A stretch of 64,000 bases of DNA, from the NCBI GenBank assembly GCA_973895155.1, contig OZ316891.1:248001-312000 (forward strand), read 5' to 3'. The notes under the pieces were generated by a model. That model had not been told where the DNA came from and ran no database searches. It saw nothing but the letters and a program-made list of their open reading frames with translations. The first letter of the stretch is position 1; the number at the start of each line of letters is the position of its first letter. This DNA is from Marsupella aquatica (lineage: Eukaryota > Plantae > Marchantiophyta). Below are positions 10,901 to 21,332 of the stretch, piece by piece. A program made the translations under genes and the position numbers.

Positions 10901-12559
10901 GGCAAGTCTTCCTTCCTGGGCCTAAACACCTGCTCGATCGTAGGACTAACAGGTGGTTGAGGCTTCTCAGCCAACGGCCTCGGCGTTGGAGCTTCCTCGG
11001 GTGCCCTTACCTGCAGGGGAAGTACCGGGGCAAAAGTCTGACCTCTGGCATACCGGCACAACAGCGGCATGTGATAGCCAAGCCACGACACGCTCCCCAT
11101 GCCGATTACCTGCTGCTCCTCCTTTAAGATCTTCTTCAATTGGTTGAGGAGGTACCCGTTGTAGTCCCGGCTTGGGTCTGGCCTTTCTGCCAGATAGACC
11201 TGTGCCTTGCCGATCTCTGCCCTCGGCAAGTTACAATGCATGGTCACCCGCAAGAAGTCGATCATCTCTCCTATGTGCGGGTTGGTGCAGGTGTTCTGGA
11301 AGAAGCCATTCTTCGTTGATGGCCCGGGGAACGACCGGAACTCCTTGTCAGGCAAGGTCTTCCTGGTATCAACTTTGGTCTTATTGCCCATCGGCAAGCC
11401 AAACACTTCGGCAATTACCTTGGGAGTAAGATAGAAATCCTTCCCATATATCCTCGTGCAATTGGTCTCGGGTTCCCATGACCCCACGAATTCTAATAGG
11501 TCTGACTCCGGTACCTCCGGCTTCAGCCATGGTAATCTTACAAAGGCCTCCAAGCCGGATCCGGCCATGAAGCCTTGGTACTTCTTGGTCTGCATGGCCG
11601 TAAAGCATGCATCCTCCTCCCGTGCAAAATGTAGTTGCACCTCCACCGGTAGGGTTGCCGCCCAGCCCTTCCAGGTGTCATCCCTGGTTGGAATGGCCTT
11701 GATGGGATCGACCTCCTCCTCTTCGGCTTCTCCCTGCCTCCTGCTCTGCTGCTCGGCTGGCTTCTTTGGTGCCGCCGACCTCGTTCTTTTTGCCGGGGTG
11801 GCTTCATCGTTGACGGCTCCCTTCCTCTTCATCTCTACTGCCGTGGAGGTTTCTCCTAGCACCGTTGCCTGGGTCCACCTTTCCGTGCTACCCTTTAATT
11901 CCCAGTGGATGTCGTTGCAGTTCTTGATGGCCTCTCGGATGCCGACGACGCTGTCTTTGCAAAACAGAAGATCGTCGAGTTGATTGGAAGTAGGCGTCCA
12001 CAGGAACTCGTCCTTGATGAGTTCGCCTCCTAAGAAAGCCGTCTTGTGCAGCTCCCACAATCGAGCGAGCTCCTGCCGTTCTCGAGCTGCCCTTTCTGAC
12101 TCCTCGTCCTCGTAAGTCTTGATGTACTCAGTTGCCCGTTCGAACAGGCATCCCCAGAAATGTGCCGCTTGATTGACGTTGCTCATACCCTCCTTAGGTT
12201 GATCGTCGGTATCTACTCTCTCCCCGAGTGCTTGCCTAAGCAGCTGACAGTAGTTGGCCTCCCGTAGTCGTCTGCCTAGTTCGTGCTCGCAAATGAGCCA
12301 CCATCTCCTACAAGCGCTCCTTACCCCTCTCCTCTGCCGGTCCTTCTTCCCGTTGATCCTTCCTAGCCGCCGACGCTTAACGCGCCCTAACCCTAATCGG
12401 GTTTTCACCCTTAGCCTTACCTCCGGCCTCTGCCCGGGTTCCATGGTTGCCCCTAATTGTTTATATTTTCCTTGTTTTGTCACTATACTAAGGTGTTCCT
12501 AGGGTGCCTTCCTGCTTTACCCACTTAACCGGCCGAGTGATTCCTATCTAGGCATCACA
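7912..12559 (-). mobile_element. Solo LTR (4648 bp) of the giant-LTR Ty3/gypsy family A
   Basis: Reverse complement of the LTRs at 29810-34433 and 40658-45329, with TGTGATG...CACCACA ends. Flanks ATTTA/ATTTC form a 5-bp TSD with one mismatch. Removing it restores the host reading frame (PAAF-HKWIIVKE). Confidence 0.95.
8833..12483 (-). CDS. Intact LTR-encoded ~1200-aa protein (plant-mobile-domain-like region + long coiled coil)
   Basis: Uninterrupted 1216-codon ORF (GTG start; first ATG 12 codons in) lying wholly inside the solo LTR. EFVGSWEPETNCTRIYGKDFYLTPKVIAEVFGLP resembles the PMD core, and an E/K/L-rich heptad region follows. Confidence 0.85.
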   Translation of the reverse strand: MTKQGKYKQLGATMEPGQRPEVRLRVKTRLGLGRVKRRRLGRINGKKDRQRRGVRSACRRWWLICEHELGRRLREANYCQLLRQALGERVDTDDQPKEGMSNVNQAAHFWGCLFERATEYIKTYEDEESERAARERQELARLWELHKTAFLGGELIKDEFLWTPTSNQLDDLLFCKDSVVGIREAIKNCNDIHWELKGSTERWTQATVLGETSTAVEMKRKGAVNDEATPAKRTRSAAPKKPAEQQSRRQGEAEEEEVDPIKAIPTRDDTWKGWAATLPVEVQLHFAREEDACFTAMQTKKYQGFMAGSGLEAFVRLPWLKPEVPESDLLEFVGSWEPETNCTRIYGKDFYLTPKVIAEVFGLPMGNKTKVDTRKTLPDKEFRSFPGPSTKNGFFQNTCTNPHIGEMIDFLRVTMHCNLPRAEIGKAQVYLAERPDPSRDYNGYLLNQLKKILKEEQQVIGMGSVSWLGYHMPLLCRYARGQTFAPVLPLQVRAPEEAPTPRPLAEKPQPPVSPTIEQVFRPRKEDLPMQQPGMQSLLKLLEKEKKSSSATTTATATMQDTTTEVGLHRLTRENPFAGDKERIRPESKPGVRMYVGTSSSESEAELPEAPTEEEEREKPEIQEVEEAVEDCSHDNSGYGSDHHVPGVRTCGRFVPTLPRVVRGDPNQQSSPESPPPDVAPPSFDGIKQTVQEFQERIKQEEEAALAKEKDLPGGDWPEDIRRLAEKGSKPLATIEEIRRTAWEQRPRWAMPITSTYSTYAKNRAMEYGEMCGELALGIFGEELEVGPFFHREQLEKHQLEEAVALERSKKDEVIRRLRRMGAEIEDLRAAKKAQDELRIKRHELNIMQGQLDAAQADNQNIKDKLTQTQEELADTIKEREKWKQELKNTEEAHITANSRAMAETQRKEWALKGELEKIRGALEQKEVELGKSYQGIMALQQELASLTASFKADLREKDEMLEQTYAKMNQMESVIIAELDKELRATQEEKATLKKELEEAHREQEEAKNELEGARKDLDETQEELEEITRKMENLQRRADNQTERLKKQAVVFKCLAAAGPSPVGTNQLPGVVIAEGQAAPPAPVPEVSGKGKGPAAEPPTKKKRKPSGSRSNTTSQAVVIKEVDPAPTPDRVTAKDPTTLGEGEAEAVGLAEAEAVGLAEAEAVGVVEAEAEGGPSQADGELTRSRAGNLSVGGPTAVAEEEVLGASIEDPPPVS

Positions 12560-15500
12560 ATTTCACAAGTGGATTATTGTAAAGGAGGGAGATCTTGTTT
12601 GTGACTTATACTCAATGTATCCTGCCAAGGGTAAACTACCCCCAAGGGAAATGTCCAAGTGGGAAAGAATTCACTGCCCATGGTACCTTGACACAGACAA
12701 GTGGGATTCACCCTTTGATGAAGTGGAGAAGGATTGGTTTCTGAAACTTGCAAAGTCGCAGATCCTTCCCAACATTGTTTCTAAGATGAAGCAAGGTCTC
12801 CTTAGCGACATCGATAAATCTTCTACGGAGTTAGAGACAATCTGTGAGACAGCAGTTGTCCATGTAGATAGGAGCCGCAAGCCACGAGGGAAAGTTAAAA
12901 TAGACACTGCAGTGCCAAGTGCCTCCACGCGATCCGGAAAGAAACATAAGTTTTCAATATTTTTTTCAAATGTTTGCTAGTGCCCGGCGCTGCCATTCTT
13001 GTGTTTCAATCTTCATCAGTGTTTGCTTGAAGGCCCTAATCCCACATTCTTTGCAATATGTTCATAGGTCAAAAGAAGTCAGATGCAGATGGCACAGATG
13101 ATACGAATGTTACCCCAGAAGCTTCAAAAGCAAATACTGGCGCTTTGCCAGATCCACTTACACCAGTTAATTCTGGGAAATCGATTGTCCCAGTCGATGC
13201 GACCAGTACAAAAAAGAAAAGCAAAAGGACTCGAGATGCTGGACAATCAGAACGACATTCTCAGGCTGTCACTGGGCTCCAACGTGATGTTGGGGATTTT
13301 AAAGCCAAGTTGTCCCGTCATTGTTTCGTTGAGACCAATGTCAGTGAACTTGTGGACAGTGTGTTTAATAAGGAGGAGAAGCCGGAATGGGTAAATAATG
13401 CCAAAAAGTGGGGGAAAGACCTGATCAAATCTGGATGCCGGCTGAAAGGAGTGGTGAGGGGTGGGAAGCAAAGACCTTTTGGTGTTGACGCTGGTTTTAT
13501 TTACTTGCCAACTGGGCTAAAACCGACTTTGCTTGACAGAAAGGTCCCTAAATGGAACGTCCCCGACTGTACCCTACTCCGATCCTTTTTCCAGGCAATG
13601 GATCCTTTTTTGTTGGATGACGGAATTATTGCGATACTCCATACGGGGGAGTATGATCAAATTTTGCAGGTCATCTCCGCTTGTCAAGAGTCCAAGAAAT
13701 TCCAGTGTCTATGTACACATAATGTCGTCATGGGGTTCCCAATGTACAAAGCAAAGTCTGATTTACGGGTAATTTCGTTGATCCTTTTGCTAGCGCCAGG
13801 CGCTATTCATATTATCTATTACTTTCTTTTTTTTATTTGACCTTATTTCAGGTAAACTATTCAACATGATTTTGTGGATTATTTGCTAGCGCCCGACGCT
13901 ATTGTAATCTGAGGGTCCTTCCTCTATTTTGTTCCCTTTTCAGGTATTCACTTTACGTTTGGATGTATTTTCGCGGATATCATCCAAGGTGAAAGTCCCA
14001 AAAGATCCTAAGTTCAAACCCCTTTCAAAAACAGAGGATCCTTCCATTACAAATCTGATTGGACTTCCCTTTGCGAAGGTTGATACAACTCCAGAGCTTG
14101 AATTTGCCGGGAATGCCAGACTACATCCAGGATTCATGCAGTCTGTGTTGGAACTAATTACGTGTCCAGGAGATATTGTTCTGGATTGGGCTGTAGGTTC
14201 GGGGAGTACATTTGTTGCAGGTGATAATTGTGGTCGATTTGTAATTGGACTCGAGAATAGGAAGGAGTTTGTTGAAACCGCTTCTAAGGTATTTCTGGAT
14301 CTTCTTACTCCAACAGAGTCTGAGCCCGAAGCCCCTCCAAAGTCTACAATTTCAAAACAAAAGATAGACAAACTGAAGTCTGTCTTAAATTTTGATTCTG
14401 AAGATGAGGATGAGACAGAAGAGGGGGAAGAAGAGGAGGATCCTAACATTCCCAAAGTGTCTCTTACCAGAGAAGATCCAGGATCTAATGGAGGGAGTGA
14501 CAGCGGAGACTCTTCTGAGTAAGAAGCTTCCGAGTAAGCTCTTAAGTAAACCCGGTGTTTTAGTAGATTACCTTATTCTCTCTTCGATTTCTCATTTTTC
14601 TTTTCATTTTTTAAAATATTCTTGGCGTTGACATAAAACCCTAAACTTCTCGTCCTCAGGTCAGACTGGAATCTTCGCCGGTGTTTCCAACTCAGAAGGA
14701 AAGTAGCTAGGCAATATATTAAAACTCCCGAGAAACCATTTGTACTACCTTCCTATGATGAGAATATTGCTAGACGAGCTGATAGTGTGCGGACCCTCCA
14801 TTCGGAGCATAAAGGTTTGAGATTAAGGAGAGGGTCTGATAGAAAATTTATTCGTAGTTGATATGTTGATGATATGGCCGAGAAAGTTTTTTTAGACATG
14901 GAGGCAGAATCCACCGACAGGTCCGAGTCAAGTGAATCAGAATTCTCAGATTGATTTGCCTTGAAAGGGTATTTTGGGATTTATATACACTGAAGTTATA
15001 CTAGCACCGGGCGCTACTATTATGTAACCTGGATACATTGTTTATTCAAATGTATTCGATACATTGGATACTTTTGTGGTGTATCTTTATTCTATTATGT
15101 TCTCTATATTGCAATGTTTTTATGGTAGCGCGTGTTGCTACCATAATTTAATGTCCATGATCATATACCCGCATATTTTTCAATTTTGTTTTTGTCCATT
15201 TTTGAGGATCAGTTTACTTCCTAAGACTAGACATTCCGAGTGGTCAAAAACAAGTGACCTGAAACTCAGTATATGTTGGGTCTATTTCTCAATTGCATTA
15301 TGCTAGCGCTTGGCGCTACTAAAACATATTTTGGAAACATTGTCCGTTAAGTGTTTTCCACATGTCAGCGACAACTATTTTGTTTGTTCCTTCTGTTAGT
15401 AACGTAAACATTTTAATATTGTAATATTAGCGTCGGGCGCTACTATAACTGTACGACGGTCAATGCAATCTTACAATGATTCTCCCGTACGCTCTGGATG

Positions 15501-15985
15501 ATGTCAGTGGAAGTTTCGAGGTAATCTTTTGTCCCGTTCTAAGTTCGTTCGGCCTGTCGCGACTCGCATGTGAGCTGGTACCGGATTTTTCTCATCCAAA
15601 CGGTCACTTCATGTCACAACGGGACTTTGGATGCCTGAAACATTTCGGGATTCCAATACTAGTTTTGGTCGACCGTTTCTGAATGGAGACGAAGGTAAAC
15701 GTTGCAACTATCATGTGAGAAGGGAGTGACCGTTCCGTGTTGAACCGGTAGTTTGGGGACTTTGAGGATGCAACCTCCACCCCCTCCCTCATTACGATGG
15801 GCGTATCCAGGTCGAACGGGTTTGCTTATAATACTTGGGAGATTACATCCCGACTGCCTAGTTTTGCTACTGCTTTAGTGGTTTATGTTCCCACTTTCGA
15901 TAATCTTCGAGCTCTTTCGCTGACCGGGGTTGTATTGACAACTATATCTTTGAATTTGCCATCCGCTGCCTAGAGGTTTCATACC

Positions 15986-16462
15986 ATGAATAACTCGAGG
16001 AGAATCTCCGTGGCCTCTTTTCAAAGACACACCACAATCATTTCGGAGGAGGGCTCGGTTCCAGAAACTAAGCAGCCTGAATGGTCGGACACAAGTGCTT
16101 TCCGCAACCATTTTAGTCTCCCCCAAGACAAAGCCATTAGTCCTGGTGACAATCTGATCCCATGGCTGAGGGATTCTCCGCCTAGGAGATTTGCAGAGCG
16201 GTTTACGATTCATTGGCCACCTCCTCCTTACAGTCCAACTCGGGAGGATGAGATGAGGAAACAGGAAGAACTTGGCCGTGTTGATTTCCAGAACACGACC
16301 ATTCCTGGTGTGTTTCCCCGAACCGGTGATGAGCGAGTTCCGTCGATGGCGTTTGTGAGGAACCGTGAGCACGATTTCGTTCCAGATAGAGCCCGATCTA
16401 ATGCTGGAGTGAACAATGAATGTGGCTCATCGACCAATGAGCGGACTAGCGCCCGGCGCTAG
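15986..16462 (+). CDS. Unknown transposon-associated ORF, paralogous to 19788-20192
   Basis: Shared block SAFRNHFSLPQDKAISPGDNLIPW / STFQNHFALPYDEAISPGERNLPW. Confidence 0.45.
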   Translation: MNNSRRISVASFQRHTTIISEEGSVPETKQPEWSDTSAFRNHFSLPQDKAISPGDNLIPWLRDSPPRRFAERFTIHWPPPPYSPTREDEMRKQEELGRVDFQNTTIPGVFPRTGDERVPSMAFVRNREHDFVPDRARSNAGVNNECGSSTNERTSARR

Positions 16463-17289
16463 CGTTGGTCTCTAAGACTATGGTGCCCATAGCGCTCAAG
16501 TTTTTTCGAATGTGATGAAGACTTTGTCGGGACTCGACCGAAATTTAGAAATCTTGTCGTTAGATGTAGCCATTTTGGTTATCGATTGTGTGGAGTTTGG
16601 TGAAGTGCCTAGCACTAGTTTACTGTTCGGCCATTTTAAGCGAGAGGCATCGGATGCGCGTAGCTTTTTGAAACTTTCATACCTTCCGTTTACGGTGTGG
16701 TTATGCGGATCACTTTGATCTTTTGTAAGCGCCTGGCGCTACCATCTTACTAAAAAAAATTTGTATCGTAAGACTTTGTGGATTTTGGGGTGGCATTCAA
16801 TTATGCGAATTGGTTGGAGTTGGCTCTTTTGGATGTAAAACCCTAAACGTCGGTCCGATGGTCCCGGTGGGTTTGTCGTATTTATCACGTCGGCCTCCAT
16901 CAGACTGGGCGATATAACTAGCGCCCGGCGCTAGTATCTTCACCGGTCCGATGGAGGCGCTCGAGTTTCTTATTTAGAGCTCCATTCTGTGCAATTACAA
17001 TGGCAGCACCTGGTGCGTGCCTGTGCTTTTTAGTATAACCCAGGTTCAAATGTACCGTTCCCCTCGGCTTAGTATTTGAGCGCCTGTTGCTATTCTACAT
17101 CATTTTTTTTGGACTTGACTACAATCTTCTAAACACCCCGTTTTGGGTGTCAAGTTCTTGCTTAACAACAGAAAAGTTTCCGGTATTTTTTGTTTAAGTT
17201 TGGTGTATTCGGTTTCCTGTTTCCTGTCATCAGTTCCTGTTTTGGGTTTCCTGTTTTCCTATTTCTCGTCTTATGTAAATACCCCTTCA

Positions 17290-19370
17290 TGTTGACCAAA
17301 GCAGGAAGCCTCGCACCAAAGCAAAAGTAGATACTACGGCCCCAAGTGAATCAACAAGATCTGGAAAAAACGTAAGTATAATTGGTTTCCTTTGGTTAGC
17401 GCCCGGCGCTGCTATGGAAGTGAATATCTGTTTCATTGTTAGCGCCCGGCGCTGATATGAGAGTCAATATTTCAGAAACTGAGTTGGTATTTTTAGTCCA
17501 AAAGTGTATATTTATGGCCAAGTATTACAGATAGTTTGGCCAGCACTGGGCGTTAGCATTGTCGTTGTATCAATATTAACGGATATCACCTCGGCATCCA
17601 TTTGAACAAGGAGAAAGTCAGACGCCGTGGGGAGCGGAGATACAAAGATAGATGCCACCCCAGAGGCTTCTGAAGCCAATACCGGAGCACCATCCGATCC
17701 AATTACTCCCGCCGACAAAGGGAAGGCGATCGCTCCAGTGGATGTGACCAGTACAAGGAAGAAGAGAAAAAGGACCATTGAAGGTGGATCTTCCTCTCGA
17801 GAAAGTGCTGCTACTGTAGGTCTTCAATGCGAAGTTGGGGACTTCAAGAGTAGACTTTCAAGGCATTGCCTTGTTGAATCTAGCATCTCAGAATTCTACG
17901 ACTCAACGTTTAACAAAGGGGAGAAGCCTGACTGGGTGAATGGTGTAGAGAAATGGGGAAAGGACCTCATGAAGTCTGGCTTCCGAGAGAAGGGCATTGT
18001 GCGTGGTGGAAAGGAGAGATTGTTTGGAGTCCACGCGGGTTTTATTTACCTTCTGACTGGATTTAAACCATCTCTGCTAGACAGAAAAGTTCCAAAATGG
18101 AATGTCCCTGACCACACTTTGGCCACCTCTTTCTTTCGTGGAATGGATCCATTTTTATCTGATGATGGAATGCTGGCCATTTTACATAACGGGGAGTACA
18201 ATCCAATGTCTCCGGTTATATTGGCCTGTCAGGATTCGAAGAAATTTCATTGCATCTTGTCACACAATGTTGTCATGTCAGTTCCAATGTACGCGCCGAA
18301 GACTGACCGACAGGTAAATTTATCATCGTGACAGTCATCTGGTTTGCGGTTCAAAAAATGTGTATGAATACATCCATTGACATACCTTTCTTGGGTTATA
18401 TTACAGATCTTCACGCTCAGGCTTGACATCTTCTGTCGAGTGTCTGAAAAAGGGAAGGTGCCAAAAGACTTGAGGTTTAGACCTCTGTCTGCCATGGAAG
18501 ATCCCTCCATAACTAATTTAATTGGACTTCCCTCTCTCAAAGTCGATCCAACACCTGAGATGGAATTTGCTGGAAATGCCCGTTTGTCGGTTGGATTCAT
18601 GCAATCTGTCATTGAGCTCATCACTCGTCCTAGGGATATTTTCATGGATTGGACAATGGGGTCAGGTAGCTCTTTTGTAGCTGGAGACTATTCTGGGAGG
18701 TTTGTAATTGGAGTGGAGAATAGGAAAGATTTCGTTGAAACTGGTTCCAAGGTGTTCTTAGATATACTTTCTCCAAAGGAAGTCAAAACTTTGCCACCCC
18801 CAATTCAACCACCCAAAAAGAAAAGGAGAGACAAGCTCCGTTCTATACTTAATTTTGACTCTGACGACAAGTCAAGTGGTGGTACAGCAGACAAGGATGA
18901 GGATGGCACACCTGAGGGGAAGGGTCAGGAACAATCCGCTGGCCAGAGTGACAGCGATGACTCTTTCGAGTAATGTTCTAAAACTCGTAAGCTTCTTTCT
19001 CCTTTCCAGTTCCTTCATGCTTTTGTGCTATCCATTCATACAATCGATTGACAAACTTCTATTCTCACCCAGGTCCGAATGGAATACGAGAAGACGCTTC
19101 AAACTCAGAAGAAAAGTAGCTCGTTTTGAAATTGTCACTCCGGAGAAACCATTTGTTTTACCCTCTTATGCTGAAAACGCTGCAAGAATGGAAGATAATT
19201 AGAGGACTCTTTGTTGGGAAAACAAAGGTCTCCGGCTACAAAGAGGAGTTGATAGAAAATTTGTCCGAAATCCTTATGTAGACAACGTTTGTAGGAGCAA
19301 GTATGTAGATGATGAGGCGGTCTCTACCAAGAGGTCACAGAGCTCCGAATTGGAATCGTCCGATTCTTGA
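17290..19370 (+). pseudogene. 5'-truncated second copy of the methyltransferase-like gene
   Basis: Exons ~17290-17371, ~17610-18313, 18406-18969 (DIFMDWTMGSGSSFVAGDYSGRFVIGVE) and 19073-19370 are colinear with 12900-14954 and have the same intron positions. Confidence 0.8.
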
Positions 19371-19787
19371 AGCATTTTTGCGGCTTAGATTTTGCCAGCG
19401 CCGGGCGCTGTTATCATAATACATGTATTTATTATCCCAGATATGATTTGTTTACATTACATTGAAAACAAAATGTATCAAATTACTCATTTCCCTTACT
19501 AGCGCCGGGTGCTCCCCAAACATCTATTTTTCTAATTGTGAATTTTGAATCCTTCATCCATTCCTTGGCCCCGCATATTTTGTCGTTACCGAAAATAGTC
19601 GTCTCTTTCTCAACGGTCCTTTTTGCGTTGAACCTTTCTGTGATACGTTTTTGCTGATCTCCGAACCTAAACTCTCCATTAGGTCACTCTCGCAAGTTAT
19701 TTCAGACACAACCTCTCTCGAAGTCGGGTCATTTCAACAACACCGGTCTTGTCTTTAGCCTAGATTTCATTTAACAGTGCCCACCAG

Positions 19788-20192
19788 ATGGAGAAGAAGG
19801 AGATCATGTCTTTGGAGGAGATGCTTGCATTCTTCACTCCTTCCAGAGTTCGACCGGACGAGAGTCACTTCAACTCCTTCGAGTCCGTTCATGGTGACAC
19901 TTCCAGCGAGACCTCAACCTTCCAAAATCATTTTGCGCTCCCGTATGATGAGGCGATTAGTCCCGGGGAGAGGAACTTACCTTGGATTGACGACCGGGAC
20001 ACTCCGCTTGCAGTTCCTGATCGGTTTTCATTTCATTCTGTCATTCCTGCTGATGGTATTCAGCCTATTTGCGATGAGTACAAGAGTGACTGGGACGTGT
20101 TGACTTCCTCGATACAAATGTTCCAGGCCCCGGGAATCAGAATGCGGAGTTTCAGCGCCCCTCGTCTTCTTATGTGTGGCACAGGGGTCTAG
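19788..20192 (+). CDS. Unknown transposon-associated ORF, paralogous to 15986-16462
   Basis: Shared NHF.LP.D.AISPG...PW block, and the same position downstream of the MTase-like gene. Confidence 0.45.
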   Translation: MEKKEIMSLEEMLAFFTPSRVRPDESHFNSFESVHGDTSSETSTFQNHFALPYDEAISPGERNLPWIDDRDTPLAVPDRFSFHSVIPADGIQPICDEYKSDWDVLTSSIQMFQAPGIRMRSFSAPRLLMCGTGV

Positions 20193-21332
20193 GTTTCAAG
20201 CAAAACCACAGACGGGCCAGGGCGGGCATCGATGACGACTACCAATCTCAGAGCTAAAGTTGTTCACGACGGAGGTGGTTATAGTGACACAAGCTTCAGT
20301 GCCCATAGGCTTCCCATTTAAGCTAGCACCGAGCGTTGCTTTTGTTCGTCTTGGACCGTGGGATTTCTCCTATGGTTGATTTGAAGTTCATGTATTTTTG
20401 GCTATATGTTTAGGCCCATTTTGGATCAGCGGCCCTATTATGTGTGGCTCAGCTCAAGAAAAAGCACATACGGGCCAAGGCGGGCTTCGGCGGGCTTCGA
20501 CAACTACTGGAAATCGCTAGGATTATAGTGCTCGGGCTGGGGGTGCTTTCAGTGACAGAAGGTCTAGTTTTAGTTTACAATTAAGCTAGATTTAAGCTAG
20601 TGCCGAGCGCTACTTATGTTCATGTTATGCTGGGGGTTGATTTGAAGATGATCTGTGGATGGTGTAATACCGGTTATATGTTTTGACCAATTTTGGAAGT
20701 AAGGAATGCAGTTTTGGATCGGCTCTCTTGTTCTTTCATGGTCATTCATTAATTTCTAGATTTGAGCTAGCGCCGAGCGCTGCTTATGTTCATTGTGTTC
20801 CGTGTTTAGGCACTGACGTTGATTTCTTGAAGTCCGACATTTAATGTAGCGCCCATCGCTGAATATTCAACGTCTGCCGTGGCCTCTCTTTGTTGGAAAT
20901 GCTTCAAATTGAGTTTCCTGTGTTCACTTCTCAATTGATATGACGGACAATATCTTCCAGCATACTAGCGTTGGGCGCTGCTAATATCCAAAAATTTTGG
21001 AAACTCCTTTTTCTAATGGCCGTTAACTAAGTTCCCTATTCTCTTCTTGATTGACGTTACGTAGAATCTCCAATCTCCATCATTTTCATTATTTTAGGAA
21101 CACCGAAATTTTGGCTTTCCTGCCGGCATACTAGCGTTGGGCGCTGGTAATCTTAGGTTTTCGGCAACACCTTTGTTCTAATGGCCCCTACTTTCCTTCA
21201 CAATTGGATGGTGGTATTGAAAACGATTGAAAATGGGGTTTATTGATGGTGATTTTTAAACTTCTTGACCAAATAATGGAGCTCAATCACATGTTTTTTT
21301 TCATTTCTCCTGGTAACAGTAATTGTTTACTG

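Larger units (their letters stand above)
5969..14954 (+). pseudogene. Spliced gene: ParB/Sulfiredoxin-like N-terminus + DNA N6A/N4C methyltransferase-like C-terminus, interrupted by a solo LTR
   Basis: Exons ~5969-6789 (IPLCRL...VFDGNHRL), 6959-7911 + 12560-12946, 13069-13768, 13944-14518 (PGDIVLDWAVGSGSTFVAGDNCGRFVIGLE, SAM-binding motif I) and 14660-14954. GT-AG introns keep the frame. One donor has decayed to AT (GT in the paralog), and the last exon has a stop. Confidence 0.75.
1221..21146. repeat. Dispersed 15-bp palindromic motif, consensus TAGCGCC(C/G)GGCGCTA, about 30 copies
   Basis: Copies seen at ~1221, 1333, 2891, 2960, 5364, 5427, 5572, 5645, 6918, 12978, 13791, 13887, 15002, 15304, 15428, 16447, 16727, 16919, 17397, 17440, 19396, 19500, 20324, 20598, 20768, 20847, 20966, 21132. 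Almost all lie in introns or intergenic AT-rich DNA. Confidence 0.9.

Noticed and set aside
8833-12483. LTR ORF as an envelope protein or a captured host SMC/myosin gene
   Set aside because: No signal peptide, transmembrane segment or Walker motifs are visible; the coiled-coil resemblance is compositional.
8106-12502. Many short antisense or alternative-frame ORFs repeated in each LTR (for example the 169-aa and 175-aa S-rich ORFs)
   Set aside because: They are shadows of the purine-rich long ORF and recur only because the LTR is repeated.
1221-21146. Palindromes as CRISPR repeats or bacterial REP elements/terminators
   Set aside because: Spacing is irregular (tens to thousands of bp), there are no poly-T tails and they sit in spliceosomal introns.
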